Of a stretch of 64,000 bases of DNA, positions 36,508-46,041 are shown one piece after another; the first letter of the stretch is position 1, and each line of letters opens with the position of its first letter. Below the pieces are notes generated by a model. The model made no database searches. It saw nothing but the letters and a program-made list of their open reading frames with translations, and was not told where the DNA came from. The stretch comes from Aneurinibacillus sp. (GTDB lineage Bacteria; Bacillota; UBA5301; DYFA01). Both the position numbers and the translations under genes were made by a program. The stretch lies in the NCBI GenBank assembly GCA_020725425.1, contig DYFA01000006.1:15500-79499 (forward strand), read 5' to 3'.

Positions 36508-36536
36508 ATTATACCATGGTCCGGTCCGCTCTTCAA
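36508..36536 (-). promoter_or_regulatory. SigA promoter for ole-oapA-dxs
   Basis: TTGAAG-N17-TATAAT with extended -10 (TGgTATAAT), about 10 bp upstream of the OLE 5' stem. Confidence 0.75.
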
Positions 36537-36576
36537 GGCAGGCGAGCAGGACGGAGGGCCGGATCGGCCACCAAGG

Positions 36577-37029
36577 CTAGCGCGGTGTGAACAGCGCGGC
36601 GATGACGACCCCCAGCGCCGCTCCGGCCAGGACTTCCACCGGGCTGTGTCCGAGGAGCTCCTTCAGCCGGTCCTCTCGGACGCGCCCGCCGTGGTAGAGG
36701 TCGTCTACGATCTGGTTGAGAATCTCCGCCTGCTTTCCGGCGGCCTGGCGGACACCGGCGGCGTCGTACATGACGATCATGGCGAAAACCCAAGCCAGGG
36801 CGGTCACCGGGCTGGCCCAGCCGGTCCGCTGGCCGATGGCCGTGGCCAGGGAGGTGACGAAGGCCGAGTGGGAGCTGGGCATGCCGCCCGCCCCTACGAA
36901 ACGCCGGAAGTTGAGGCGCTTCTCCTTGACCAGGGTATGGACCACCTTCAGCGACTGGGCAATGAACCAGGCCAGGAAGGAGACTTCCAGGACCGGATTG
37001 CTCAACAGTTGCGCCAACGCTCCGCCCAA
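36577..37029 (-). CDS. Divergent PAP2 family protein (DUF212/YuiD-like)
   Basis: AQSLK, GGMPSSHSA, VMYDAAGVRQAAGKQA, LKELLGHSPVEV. Confidence 0.9.
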   Translation of the reverse strand: MGGALAQLLSNPVLEVSFLAWFIAQSLKVVHTLVKEKRLNFRRFVGAGGMPSSHSAFVTSLATAIGQRTGWASPVTALAWVFAMIVMYDAAGVRQAAGKQAEILNQIVDDLYHGGRVREDRLKELLGHSPVEVLAGAALGVVIAALFTPR

Positions 37030-37043
37030 GTCGCTCGCCCTTC

Positions 37044-37934
37044 CTATCGGTCCCGCTGCAGGATGAAGTCGGCCAGCGCGGCCAGCACTTCCCCGCGCTC
37101 CCCGAAGCCCGCCACGGCCTGCTTGGCCTCCTCGGCGGCCTCCCGAGCCCGCCGGCGGGCCTCCTCGATCCCCAAGAGCCCCGGGTAGGTGGCCTTCGCC
37201 CGGGCGGCGTCCTTCCTCACCGTCTTTCCGGTCTTTTCGGCCTCGCCTTCGACGTCCAGCAGATCGTCGGTGATTTGGAAGGCCAGCCCCACCGCCTCGC
37301 CGTAGCGGGTCAGGGCGGCGAGCTCCCTGGGCGTCGCCCCGCCCAGGAGGGCTCCGATCCGGACCGAGGCGCGGATGAGGGCGCCGGTCTTCCGCCGGTG
37401 AATGGATTCGAGCTCGGGAACGGCCAACTGTCGCCCTTCTCCCAGGAGATCGTCGGCCTGGCCGCCCGCCATGCCCCGCGATCCCGAGGCCACGGCCAGC
37501 TCGACAGTGGCCGCCAGCGCCTGCTCCGCTGACGCGCCCGCCGCCCGCGCCCCGTTCGCCATCACCTCAAAGGCCAGGGTGAGGAGGGCGTCCCCGGCGA
37601 GCAGGGCGATCGCCTCCCCATACACCCGGTGAGCGGAGGGGCGGCCGCGCCGCCAGTCGTCATCGTCCATGCAGGGCAGGTCGTCGTGGATGAGGGAGTA
37701 GGCGTGGACCAGTTCGACTGCGCAGGCTGCCGGCAGGACCGGCTCGGCTGGCGCGCCGACCGCCTCGGCCGCCGCCACCACGAGATACCCGCGCAGCCGC
37801 TTGCCACCGCCGAGGGTTGAATAGCGCATCGCCTCGTGCAGGAGGGACGGAGGAGCCTCGGCTGGCGGCAGAACCGCCGCCAACTCTGTCTCGACCCGCC
37901 GGGCGCAGTCCGCCCACCGTTCGGCAAGAATCAT
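37044..37934 (-). CDS. ispA: Farnesyl/geranyl diphosphate synthase
   Basis: GGKRLR, ELVHAYSLIHDDLPCMDDDDWRRGRP, LAGDALL, KTGALI, FQITDDLLD. Confidence 0.95.
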   Translation of the reverse strand: MILAERWADCARRVETELAAVLPPAEAPPSLLHEAMRYSTLGGGKRLRGYLVVAAAEAVGAPAEPVLPAACAVELVHAYSLIHDDLPCMDDDDWRRGRPSAHRVYGEAIALLAGDALLTLAFEVMANGARAAGASAEQALAATVELAVASGSRGMAGGQADDLLGEGRQLAVPELESIHRRKTGALIRASVRIGALLGGATPRELAALTRYGEAVGLAFQITDDLLDVEGEAEKTGKTVRKDAARAKATYPGLLGIEEARRRAREAAEEAKQAVAGFGERGEVLAALADFILQRDR

Positions 37935-38191
37935 GGCTGCTGCTCGCCGCGGGCAGTGAAGGGCGCCTCGACCACGCGGCCGTCCGCTTCCCGCAGGAGC
38001 TGCTGCACCCGCCCTTCTGCCTCGTCCAGGCGGGCCTTGCATACCCGGGACAAGCCGATGCCCTCTTCGAACAGCGCCAGTGCCCGGTCGAGGGGTAGGT
38101 CAGCCTGTTCCAGTTCCGCCACCACGTCCTTCAGCCGGTTGAAGGCCTGCTCAAAACTGAGCGCCGGCTCTCCGCTCTTCTTCTCCCCCAT
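37931..38191 (-). CDS. xseB: Exodeoxyribonuclease VII small subunit
   Basis: SFEQAFNRLKDVVAELE...LPLDRALALFEEG...LDEAE. Confidence 0.92.
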   Translation of the reverse strand: MGEKKSGEPALSFEQAFNRLKDVVAELEQADLPLDRALALFEEGIGLSRVCKARLDEAEGRVQQLLREADGRVVEAPFTARGEQQP

Positions 38192-39587
38192 CTTTCTGTT
38201 CCTCCTTCGCCGCAAACGGCAACCGACCGGTTCCTCCGTCGGGAAAGACCCCGGTCACCGCACAGCCGAGCTGACCCCGGGCCAACACCACTTCGACTTC
38301 CTCGCCCACCGCCACCGTCCCGGCCTCCCGCAGGACCTGCCCGCCAGGCCTCCGGCAGACGGCGTAGCCCCGCCCCAGAGTCTTGAGGGGGCTGAGGGCG
38401 TCCAAGGCCGCGACGAGCGGCGCCCACTCTCCCCGCCGGCGCTCCACCAGCCCATGACCGCGGGCCTTCAATTCCGCCTCCCACCGGGCTACCTCGGTCG
38501 CTGAGCGGCGGGTCAGGTTGAGACCGGCCTGGACCAGCCGCGGCCACAGGTCGCTGTTCAGAGCTCGCTGGGCGAGCTGGGATCGGCGTACCAACCTTTC
38601 GCCCAGCAGGGCGTTGAGCTCGTCCAAGCCCTGGGCCAGTTCGCCCAGCCGGCGCTCCAGGTCAAAAGCCCGGCTCCCGGTGAGCCGCTCGACCAGCATC
38701 CGGCGCCCCTCGACTGCCGAGCGCAGCTGGTAGCCAAGGGTGGCCGCTAGCCGCTCCACCTCGTTCCGGAGCCGGAGAGCGTCCGGCGCCACGAGTTCCG
38801 CCCCGGCCGAGGGCGTGGCTGCCCGGCAGTCGGCCACGAAGTCGGCGATGGTGAAGTCGGTCTCGTGCCCCACCGCCGAGACGACCGGCACGGGGCAGGC
38901 GGCGATCGCCCGGGCCACCCGCTCGTCGTTGAAGGCGGAGAGCTCCTCGAGCGACCCTCCGCCGCGCCCGACGATGATGACCTCGACCCGGGGGTGCTGC
39001 CCGAGAACCTTCAGGGCCGCCACCAGCGACTCGGGGGCTTCCTCCCCCTGGACCACCGCGGGGGCCAGGAGAATGTCGATGCCTGGAGCCCGCCGCCGGA
39101 TGACGTGGATGATATCCCGGATCGCCGCTCCCACCGGCGAGGTCACCACCCCGACGCAGCGGGGGAACAGCGGTAGGGGCCGCTTGCGCTCGGGAGCGAA
39201 GAGCCCCTCGGCCTCAAGCCTGGCCTTGAGTTCGGTGAAGGCCAGGAAGAGCTCCCCTTCGCCGTCGGGCCACAACTCCTCCACTTGGAGCTGATATTCC
39301 CCCCGCGCCTCGTAGACCCGGATGGAGCCGAACGCCACGAGCTTCTGGCCGTCCCGCGGCATGAACCGCAAATTCTGGGCCCGGCTTCGCCACATCACGC
39401 ACCGCAGTTGCGCCTGGTCGTCCTTGAGGGTAAAGTACAGATGGCCTGACGGATGCTGCTGCCGGAAGTTGGAGAGCTCGCCCCGGACCAGGATGGCGGT
39501 GAGTCCGGGCGCGTCCTCAAGGAGCTCCCGGATTCGCTGGGTGAGCTGCTGCACCGAGTACACGACTGGCGTCACGGTCCGAGCCAC
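38151..39587 (-). CDS. xseA: Exodeoxyribonuclease VII large subunit
   Basis: GELSNF, SGHLYFTLKD, VVTSPVGAAIRD, RGGGSLEEL, SAVGHETDFTIADFVAD, LSPLKTLGRGY. Confidence 0.95.
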   Translation of the reverse strand: MARTVTPVVYSVQQLTQRIRELLEDAPGLTAILVRGELSNFRQQHPSGHLYFTLKDDQAQLRCVMWRSRAQNLRFMPRDGQKLVAFGSIRVYEARGEYQLQVEELWPDGEGELFLAFTELKARLEAEGLFAPERKRPLPLFPRCVGVVTSPVGAAIRDIIHVIRRRAPGIDILLAPAVVQGEEAPESLVAALKVLGQHPRVEVIIVGRGGGSLEELSAFNDERVARAIAACPVPVVSAVGHETDFTIADFVADCRAATPSAGAELVAPDALRLRNEVERLAATLGYQLRSAVEGRRMLVERLTGSRAFDLERRLGELAQGLDELNALLGERLVRRSQLAQRALNSDLWPRLVQAGLNLTRRSATEVARWEAELKARGHGLVERRRGEWAPLVAALDALSPLKTLGRGYAVCRRPGGQVLREAGTVAVGEEVEVVLARGQLGCAVTGVFPDGGTGRLPFAAKEEQKDGGEEERRAGAQF

Positions 39588-39630
39588 CTGAATGCCTCCG
39601 CTTCTCCTCGCCTTTCTGCCGGGCATAACG

Positions 39631-39654
39631 AAAAAGAGGCAGCTCCTGGCTGCC
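39631..39654 (-). terminator. Intrinsic terminator after nusB
   Basis: GGCAGC-CAGGA-GCTGCC followed by TCTTTTT. Confidence 0.5.
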
Positions 39655-39669
39655 CGCCGGTGCGCCGCC

Positions 39670-40143
39670 TTAGGTCGCCGGCTCTTCGCTCTTGCCCGGC
39701 GGCCTTCCAGCCAGTGCCGGCTGGCCCTGACCCGCCCGTGGGGTCGAAAGATGCCGCACCAGATTCCCCAGAATGCCGTTGACGAACTTCGCCGAATTGG
39801 CGTCGCCGTACCGCTTGGCCAGCTCGACCGCCTCGTTCACCGTGACGCTGGCCGGCACGTCGGGGACCAGCAGCAACTCGTAGACCGCTAGGCGCAGGAT
39901 GTTGCGGTCTATGTTGGCCATGCGCTCCACGGGCCAGTCCACCGCGAAGACGCCGAGCAGCCGGTCGATCTCCGCCAGCCGCTCGGCCGTCCCCCGGGCC
40001 AGCTGAATCGCAAACTCCGGGACTTCCGTCTCCCCGCCCACGCTGGTCAGCGTGTTGGCGACGGCCTCCTCGACCGGAACGCGCCCCACGTCCACTTGGA
40101 AAAGAATCTTCAAGGCCGTCTCCCGGGCCAGGCGCCGGCTCAT
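39670..40143 (-). CDS. nusB: Transcription antitermination factor NusB
   Basis: MSRRLARE, WPVERMANIDRNILRLAVYE, NEAVELAKRYG, FVNGILG. Confidence 0.95.
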   Translation of the reverse strand: MSRRLARETALKILFQVDVGRVPVEEAVANTLTSVGGETEVPEFAIQLARGTAERLAEIDRLLGVFAVDWPVERMANIDRNILRLAVYELLLVPDVPASVTVNEAVELAKRYGDANSAKFVNGILGNLVRHLSTPRAGQGQPALAGRPPGKSEEPAT

Positions 40144-40146
40144 GGA

Positions 40147-40374
40147 CTACTCCCCCGGCGGCAGGAGCCGGTTGATCAGATCGGTCAAGCTCTCGTGGGC
40201 GTCAACCCGGGACCCGAGCATCCACCCCGCCCATACGCAGGCCGCCAGGAAGAGACCACGCCAGAAACCCAGAAGGATCACCAGCAACCCGATGGCGAAG
40301 CCCAGTGCGGCACCGATGGCGCGTCCCCGGTTCTTGCTCAGCCAGGTCAGAAAGGGCTCCCAGTTCGGTTGCAC
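40147..40374 (-). CDS. DUF2273 small membrane protein
   Basis: NRGRAIGAALGFAIGLLVILLGFWR; typical asp23-amaP-DUF2273-nusB order. Confidence 0.8.
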   Translation of the reverse strand: MQPNWEPFLTWLSKNRGRAIGAALGFAIGLLVILLGFWRGLFLAACVWAGWMLGSRVDAHESLTDLINRLLPPGE

Positions 40375-40387
40375 GGTCTCGTCCCCC

Positions 40388-40930
40388 CTACTCGACCCGG
40401 GCCTTGCCCACTTCGGCTACGGCGCGGAACGTCACTGCCACCCGGCTCACGGTCACGCCCACCGTCTCCGCAATGTACCGCTCCACCCGGTGCTGGAGTT
40501 CGTCCGAGATGGCGGGGATGGCCGAGTCGGGCAGCACAGTCACTGCGAGGTGGATGGAGACCCCCTGCTTGTCCGCCCGCAGGTCGACCTTGACGTCGCG
40601 TACCCCCTGTACCTGCCGGGCGGCCCGCTGCACCAGGTTCTCCACCGCCTTCAGCGAGATGCGGATGGTGCCCAGTTCCGTTTCCCGGATAAGGGCCCGG
40701 CTCATATGGCGCCGGCGGGCGGACCAGGCCAGAACGTACCACGCGATCGCGAGCTCGGCCAAGCCGATCACCGCCGTCTCGGCGCGATAGGGGCCGAGCA
40801 TGGCTTGTCCCGCGTCAGCCAGCCAGGGACGGGGGTCCCACCCGACAAGCCCCACCGCCAGCATCAGCACGCCCTTGACGAAGAGCGCGAGAAAGATCAG
40901 GACCAGCAAGACCCGGTCAAGCACGGTCAT
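40388..40930 (-). CDS. amaP: Alkaline shock response membrane anchor protein AmaP
   Basis: Two N-terminal TM helices, ELGTIRISLKAVENLV, Asp23-like C-terminus ending ARVE. Confidence 0.8.
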   Translation of the reverse strand: MTVLDRVLLVLIFLALFVKGVLMLAVGLVGWDPRPWLADAGQAMLGPYRAETAVIGLAELAIAWYVLAWSARRRHMSRALIRETELGTIRISLKAVENLVQRAARQVQGVRDVKVDLRADKQGVSIHLAVTVLPDSAIPAISDELQHRVERYIAETVGVTVSRVAVTFRAVAEVGKARVE

Positions 40931-40986
40931 ATGGCCTTCCCCTTTCCCTTGCCGGACTCCCACCCGGCGTTGCGGCAACTATTGGC

Positions 40987-41370
40987 TCAACGGACCCGGA
41001 TTTCCTCCTGCTTCTCTTCCTGCGGGAAGTGGACCCCCTGGACGTGAACGTTCACTTCCACCACGCTCAGGCCGGTCATCGACTCGATCGCCCGCTTCAC
41101 GTTCTCCTGGACCTTGGTGGCTACCTCCGGGATCTGCACCCCGTACTCGGTAATGATGAAGAGGTCGGCTGCCGCCTCTTTCTCCCCGACCTCGACCTTG
41201 ACCCCCTTGGACAGGTTCTTTCGCCCGAGGAGCTCGGCGATCCCGCCGGCCAGTCCGCCGCTCATGCCGGCCACGCCCTCGACCTCCGTGGCCGCCAGGC
41301 CGGCGATGATTCCCACGACTTCGTTGGCGATCCGAATCGTGCCCATGTCGCTCCGGCTTTCCCGTTCCAT
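40987..41370 (-). CDS. Asp23/Gls24 family protein (YqhY-like)
   Basis: GTIRIANEVVGIIAGLAATEVEGV, KNLSKGVKVEVG, VQENVKRAIESMTGL, EVNVHV. Confidence 0.92.
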   Translation of the reverse strand: MERESRSDMGTIRIANEVVGIIAGLAATEVEGVAGMSGGLAGGIAELLGRKNLSKGVKVEVGEKEAAADLFIITEYGVQIPEVATKVQENVKRAIESMTGLSVVEVNVHVQGVHFPQEEKQEEIRVR

Positions 41371-41445
41371 GGGAGTTCCCCCCTCACCGTAGACTCGCTC
41401 GTTTGCCCGCACTGCAATCCTATCCAGTATCCCCCTCGCGAATGA

Positions 41446-42795
41446 CTAGTCCTCGGCGAGCACCCGGCGCTGAATGAAGTTCGTGTACACCTCACCCCGC
41501 CGGAAGAAGGCGTTGTCGAGCACTTTCTTGTGGAAGGGGATCGTCGTCGGGATGCCCTCCACCACAAACTCGTCCAGGGCCCGCCGCATCCGCATGATCG
41601 CCTCGTCCCGGGTGTTCCCCCAGGCGATCAGCTTGGCGATCAGGGAGTCGTAGTGCGGCGGGATGGTGTATCCCGGGTAGATCGCGGTGTCCACCCGGAT
41701 ACCCGGCCCGCCCGGGAGCACCAGCCGGCCGATCCGGCCGGGGGCGGGGCGGAAGTCGAACTCCGGGTCCTCGGCGTTGATCCGGCACTCGATGGCGTGG
41801 CCCTCGAGGGCGATGTCGACCTGGCCGTAGCCGAGGGGTTCGCCGGCGGCGATGCGGATCTGCTCCTTCACCAGGTCGATTCCGGTGACCAACTCGGTGA
41901 CCGGGTGTTCCACCTGGATGCGGGTGTTCATTTCGATGAAGTAGAAGTTTCCGTGTTTGTCGACCAGGAATTCGACGGTCCCGGCGTTGCTGTAGCCGAC
42001 CCGCTTCACGCCGGCCACCGCTACCTCCCCCATCTCCCGTCGCTTCTCGGGGGTGAGGACGGTGGAGGGAGACTCTTCGAGCACCTTCTGGTGGCGCCGC
42101 TGGAGGGAGCAGTCGCGCTCACCCAAGTGCACCGCGTTGCCGTGCTCGTCGGCCAGAATCTGGATTTCGATGTGCCGCGGCTCTTCGACGAACTTCTCTA
42201 TGTAGACCGCCGGGTTCCCGAAGGCCGCCTCCGCCTCGGCCCGGGCAGCCCGGATCGCACTCAGGAGGTCCTTCCGGTTATGGGCAATCCGCATCCCCTT
42301 GCCCCCACCCCCGGCTGAGGCTTTGACGAGCACCGGGTACCCGATCGCCGCGGCGACCTCGACTGCCTCCTTCTCCTCGGTGACCGCCCCCTCACTGCCC
42401 GGGACCACCGGCACACCGGCTGCCGCCATTCTCTTTTTCGCTGCGGCCTTATCGCCCATCTGCTCGATGGCCGAGGCCGAAGGGCCGATGAACTTCAGCT
42501 CGTGAGTCTCGCAGATCTCGGCAAAGTAGCTGTTCTCGGCGAGAAACCCATACCCCGGGTGGATGGCGTCCACCCCGGCGATCACCGCGGCCGAGATGAT
42601 GTTCGGGATGTTCAAGTAGCTCTTGGCGGTAGGAGCGGGACCGACGCAGTACGCCTCGTCGGCGTACTTGACGTGGAGCGAGTGGCGGTCTGCCTCGGAA
42701 TAGATGGCCACCGTTCCGATGCCGAGTTCCCGGCAGGCCCGCATCACCCGGACGGCAATCTCCCCGCGGTTGGCCACCAGCACCTTATTGAACAA
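41446..42795 (-). CDS. accC: Biotin carboxylase
   Basis: [63 protein letters not shown]. Confidence 0.97.
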   Translation of the reverse strand: MFNKVLVANRGEIAVRVMRACRELGIGTVAIYSEADRHSLHVKYADEAYCVGPAPTAKSYLNIPNIISAAVIAGVDAIHPGYGFLAENSYFAEICETHELKFIGPSASAIEQMGDKAAAKKRMAAAGVPVVPGSEGAVTEEKEAVEVAAAIGYPVLVKASAGGGGKGMRIAHNRKDLLSAIRAARAEAEAAFGNPAVYIEKFVEEPRHIEIQILADEHGNAVHLGERDCSLQRRHQKVLEESPSTVLTPEKRREMGEVAVAGVKRVGYSNAGTVEFLVDKHGNFYFIEMNTRIQVEHPVTELVTGIDLVKEQIRIAAGEPLGYGQVDIALEGHAIECRINAEDPEFDFRPAPGRIGRLVLPGGPGIRVDTAIYPGYTIPPHYDSLIAKLIAWGNTRDEAIMRMRRALDEFVVEGIPTTIPFHKKVLDNAFFRRGEVYTNFIQRRVLAED

Positions 42796-42813
42796 CGGAC
42801 GTCCTCCTTGAGC

Positions 42814-43284
42814 CTAAGGAAGCTTCTCAATGATGAAGAGGGGCTGGCCGTACTCGACTGGCTGGGCGTTCTCCACCAGGACGCGCTCGATGCGCCCCCG
42901 GACCTCCGCCTCGATTTCGTTCATCAGTTTCATCGCCTCGATGATGCAGAGCGGCTGCCCCACTTCGACGATGTCCCCCTCCTTGACGAAGGGGTCGGCG
43001 TCGGGCGCCGGGGCCCGGTAGAAGGTGCCGACCATGGGGGCGGTGACGGCGTATTGGTTCTCCCGCAAGACGAGCTCTGTCGCCTCGGGCTCCTCGGCCG
43101 GGAGCTCCTCTGTCCGGGCCGCGGGCCGCACGGGGGCGGCGGACGACGCCGGAGCCGCCACCGTCAGTCCGGCGGCCACGGCCTTCTTGATGCTGACGCG
43201 GACTCCTTCGCTTTCGACGTTCAACTCGGAGATATCGGTCTCGTTGAGCAGCTTGATAAGCTCTTTGATCTCTTTGATGTTCAA
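42814..43284 (-). CDS. accB: Nested in-frame AccB (biotin carboxyl carrier protein), 156 aa, from an internal start
   Basis: SD AAGGAGGT (43299-43292), 7-nt spacer, TTG at 43284; begins (M)[20 protein letters not shown], a typical AccB N-terminus. Confidence 0.55.
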   Translation of the reverse strand: MNIKEIKELIKLLNETDISELNVESEGVRVSIKKAVAAGLTVAAPASSAAPVRPAARTEELPAEEPEATELVLRENQYAVTAPMVGTFYRAPAPDADPFVKEGDIVEVGQPLCIIEAMKLMNEIEAEVRGRIERVLVENAQPVEYGQPLFIIEKLP

Positions 43285-44703
43285 TGCGCCGACCTCCTTG
43301 GTGGTGCCCGGCGCCGGGCCGGAAGCGGCCACTTGCGCCGCGGCTGGCGCTAGTCCCGCCCCTCCGTGGCCCGCCTTCCCTTCAAGGAACTTGCGGGCAG
43401 TTTGGGGGAAGAGGGCGTAGGAGATTACGTCTTCTTCACAACGCGCCAAGCTGCCGATCTCCTGGCGCGCCTTCTCCATGCCGGGAGGGAGAAGGTCGGC
43501 GGGACGGCAGGTTATTACTTCGGCATCCCCGATGAGTATCCTCCTCACCTCCGGCGAGAGGGGGGCCGGCGGCTGGCCGTAAAGGCCCTTGGCGTACGCC
43601 TTGACCTCGTCGGGAACCACTTTGTAGCGTGCCCCCATGAGGATGTTCAATACCGCCTGGGTGCCGACGATCTGGCTGGTCGGGGTGACCAGCGGGGGGA
43701 AGCCGAGATCCTCCCGGACCTTCGGGATCTCTGCCAGGACATCGTGGAGCTTATCCAGGGCCTTCTGCTGTTCGAGCTGCGTGACCAGGTTGGAGATCAT
43801 GCCGCCGGGGACCTGATGGGAGAAGACCCGCATGTCGGAGATGCGGGTGACGCCCCGCTCGAAACCGCGCCGGCGCCGTAGGTCGTCGAAGTACCGCGCC
43901 ACTTCGAAGAGGAGGTCCAGGTCCAGGCCGGAGTCCCGCTCGGTGCCGCGCAGGGCGTTGACGATCGTCTCGACGGGGGGCTGCGAGGCGCCGAAGGCCA
44001 TCGGCGCCGAGGCAGTGTCGATTACGTCCACCCCGGCCTCGGCCGCCTTGAGATAAGTCATGGGGGCAAGGCCGCCGATGTAGTGCGAGTGGAGCTGGAC
44101 GGGGAGGCCGATCTCCTCCTTGAAGCGCCGGACGAGCTCATAGGCCCGGTATGGCGTGAGGAGTCCCGCCATGTCCTTGAGGCACAAGGAGTCAGCCCCT
44201 CGCTCGGCGAGCTGCCGGGCGGTCGCCACGTAGTGCTCGGTGGTGTGGATGGGGCTGATGGTGTAGACGACCGTCGCCTGGACGTGAGCCCCCGCTTCCT
44301 TGGCCACCGCCATGGGGTGTTCGAGGTTGCGGATGTCGTTCAGGGCGTCGAAGATGCGGATGATGGAGATGCCGTTCGCCACCGCCCGCCGGATGAAGGC
44401 GTCGACCACGTCGTCGGGGTAGTGCTTGTACCCGACCAGGCTCTGCCCGCGCAGGAGCATCTGGAGCGGAGTGTTCCGGATCGCCTTCCGCAGGGCGACG
44501 AGCCGCTCCCAGGGGTCTTCTTCCAGGAAACGGAGGCAGACGTCGAAGGTGGCCCCGCCCCACACCTCCAGGGAATGGTAGCCCACCCGGTCGAGTTGCT
44601 CCGCCACCGGCAGCATGTCCTCGGTGCGCATCCGGGTGGCCCACAGCGACTGATGGGCGTCGCGCAGGGTGGTATCCGTCAACCTGAGTCGAGAGAGCGC
44701 CAT
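42814..44703 (-). CDS. Pyruvate carboxylase subunit B / oxaloacetate decarboxylase alpha-type carboxyltransferase fused to an AccB-type biotin carrier
   Basis: [50 protein letters not shown]; C-terminal APMVGTFY...[11 protein letters not shown]. Confidence 0.9.
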   Translation of the reverse strand: MALSRLRLTDTTLRDAHQSLWATRMRTEDMLPVAEQLDRVGYHSLEVWGGATFDVCLRFLEEDPWERLVALRKAIRNTPLQMLLRGQSLVGYKHYPDDVVDAFIRRAVANGISIIRIFDALNDIRNLEHPMAVAKEAGAHVQATVVYTISPIHTTEHYVATARQLAERGADSLCLKDMAGLLTPYRAYELVRRFKEEIGLPVQLHSHYIGGLAPMTYLKAAEAGVDVIDTASAPMAFGASQPPVETIVNALRGTERDSGLDLDLLFEVARYFDDLRRRRGFERGVTRISDMRVFSHQVPGGMISNLVTQLEQQKALDKLHDVLAEIPKVREDLGFPPLVTPTSQIVGTQAVLNILMGARYKVVPDEVKAYAKGLYGQPPAPLSPEVRRILIGDAEVITCRPADLLPPGMEKARQEIGSLARCEEDVISYALFPQTARKFLEGKAGHGGAGLAPAAAQVAASGPAPGTTKEVGALNIKEIKELIKLLNETDISELNVESEGVRVSIKKAVAAGLTVAAPASSAAPVRPAARTEELPAEEPEATELVLRENQYAVTAPMVGTFYRAPAPDADPFVKEGDIVEVGQPLCIIEAMKLMNEIEAEVRGRIERVLVENAQPVEYGQPLFIIEKLP

Positions 44704-44742
44704 CCTTCCAACCTCCACTCCCACTCGCCCGTTCTCCTGGGC

Positions 44743-44825
44743 AGAAAGAACTCAGGGCAAGACCCTGAGTTCCTGCGGCAAACCCACTTCTAGCTTTGGC
44801 TCAAATTATAGAGGCCGGTCAAGCC
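44743..44825 (-). promoter_or_regulatory. Structured 5' leader with terminator (candidate Na+-I/DUF1646-like riboswitch or other attenuator)
   Basis: GGCTTGA..TTGAGCC stem, AAAGCTAGAAGTGGGTTTGCCGCAGGAA core, then GAACTCAGGG-TCTTG-CCCTGAGTTC-TTTCT terminator. Confidence 0.45.
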
Positions 44826-44834
44826 CTGTGTCAA
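44805..44834 (-). promoter_or_regulatory. SigA promoter for the pycB/accB-accC operon
   Basis: TTGACA-N18-TATAAT, consensus hexamers. Confidence 0.7.
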
Positions 44835-44872
44835 TCGGCTTCCCGCCTTGTATACACCATTCTTGGACGCCT

Positions 44873-45424
44873 CTACCGCCCGTCCATGATGACGATCCGC
44901 TCCGGTGGGAGCCCGGTCATGCGCGAGGCGAGCTCACCCAGGCGAGCCGCCACGGCCACATCGGCCAGACGGCCGCGAAGGCTGAGGGTAAGCCCGCGGT
45001 CGTTCAACACCACGAGCGAGTCTTTGAACCCCTCGGCCTCCAGGAGGCGGGTCAGTTCCTGCTCCTTCTCCGCCCGGTCAAGCTCCTGCAGCAGGCGCCG
45101 CTGGGCGTCGTCCCGGGTCACGCTGCTGGTGGCCGGGTCAGAGGAGATCGCCTGGAGCCACTCCAGCCGCTCCGACCTGGCCCGTTCCCGTTCCATGGCC
45201 GTCTCCACCGCAAAGCCCCGGGCATCCCCAGAGGTCTCGTCGGGAACCGGCGCCGGCGTTCCCGACTGGTGAGGTCTCGCCGGCGGGAGTTGGTCCTGGA
45301 CCGCAACCCCGGTGGTGACAGCCGGCGGGCGGGAGAAAGCGTACCAGAGCAGGGCCCCACAGCAGAGAACCAGCGCCAGCCAGGCCAAGAACCGGCGCGG
45401 CAGGAGAATCACCCGCATCGTCAC
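44873..45424 (-). CDS. spoIIIAH: Stage III sporulation protein AH
   Basis: N-terminal TM, MERERARSERLEWL, LEAEGFKDSLVVL; last gene of the spoIIIA operon. Confidence 0.8.
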   Translation of the reverse strand: MTMRVILLPRRFLAWLALVLCCGALLWYAFSRPPAVTTGVAVQDQLPPARPHQSGTPAPVPDETSGDARGFAVETAMERERARSERLEWLQAISSDPATSSVTRDDAQRRLLQELDRAEKEQELTRLLEAEGFKDSLVVLNDRGLTLSLRGRLADVAVAARLGELASRMTGLPPERIVIMDGR

Positions 45425-46041
45425 TCGCCCTCCTTCGCTAAGACTCTCACCCGGTGCGGCGGCAGGTTCAGCGCCGTCTCGACCGCTTTGGCCAACTCGG
45501 CGCGGACCACGGGGTCGACCGCTCCGCTGGCCGCGACCAACACCCCCTGGATCTCCGGCAGACGGGTGACGACCACCACCGGCACGTCCTTGCCGCCGGG
45601 TTCGCCGCGGATCACCGTAACCTCCCCTTCTTCATGCTGCTCCGAGGTCACCCGGGAGGTCCCGTCCCGGTCCGATTCCTGGGTGGTTCGGGTCTCGCCC
45701 GTCGTCTTGCGGGCGTACTCGTACCGGGGCCCGCTCGCCAGGAACACCCGGACCGACACCCGACCGGCCCCCGCCACCTGAGACAACGTTCCAGCCAACG
45801 CCTCCTCCAGCCGGGCAGTGTACTCGTCGCTTGCCGCCGCCTGGGCAGGTGGGACGACCGGCGCCGCCCCGCCAGCCGCGGTTTGAGGAGAGGCCGGGGC
45901 GCTGGCCGGGGTCGATGGGAAGTTCCCGAGGGCTAACAGGAGCACTCCCAAGAGCCCCAGAAGCAACAGCCACGCGCTCTTCCCCACCTGGCGCACCTTC
46001 GCCCGCCAGTCTTCGAGCCCCGGAGTTGTCGTGCCGCTCAC
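45421..46041 (-). CDS. spoIIIAG: Stage III sporulation protein AG
   Basis: LSQVAGAGRVSV, ESDRDGTSR, PEIQGVLVAASGA, KAVETALNLPPHRVRV. Confidence 0.9.
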   Translation of the reverse strand: MSGTTTPGLEDWRAKVRQVGKSAWLLLLGLLGVLLLALGNFPSTPASAPASPQTAAGGAAPVVPPAQAAASDEYTARLEEALAGTLSQVAGAGRVSVRVFLASGPRYEYARKTTGETRTTQESDRDGTSRVTSEQHEEGEVTVIRGEPGGKDVPVVVVTRLPEIQGVLVAASGAVDPVVRAELAKAVETALNLPPHRVRVLAKEGE

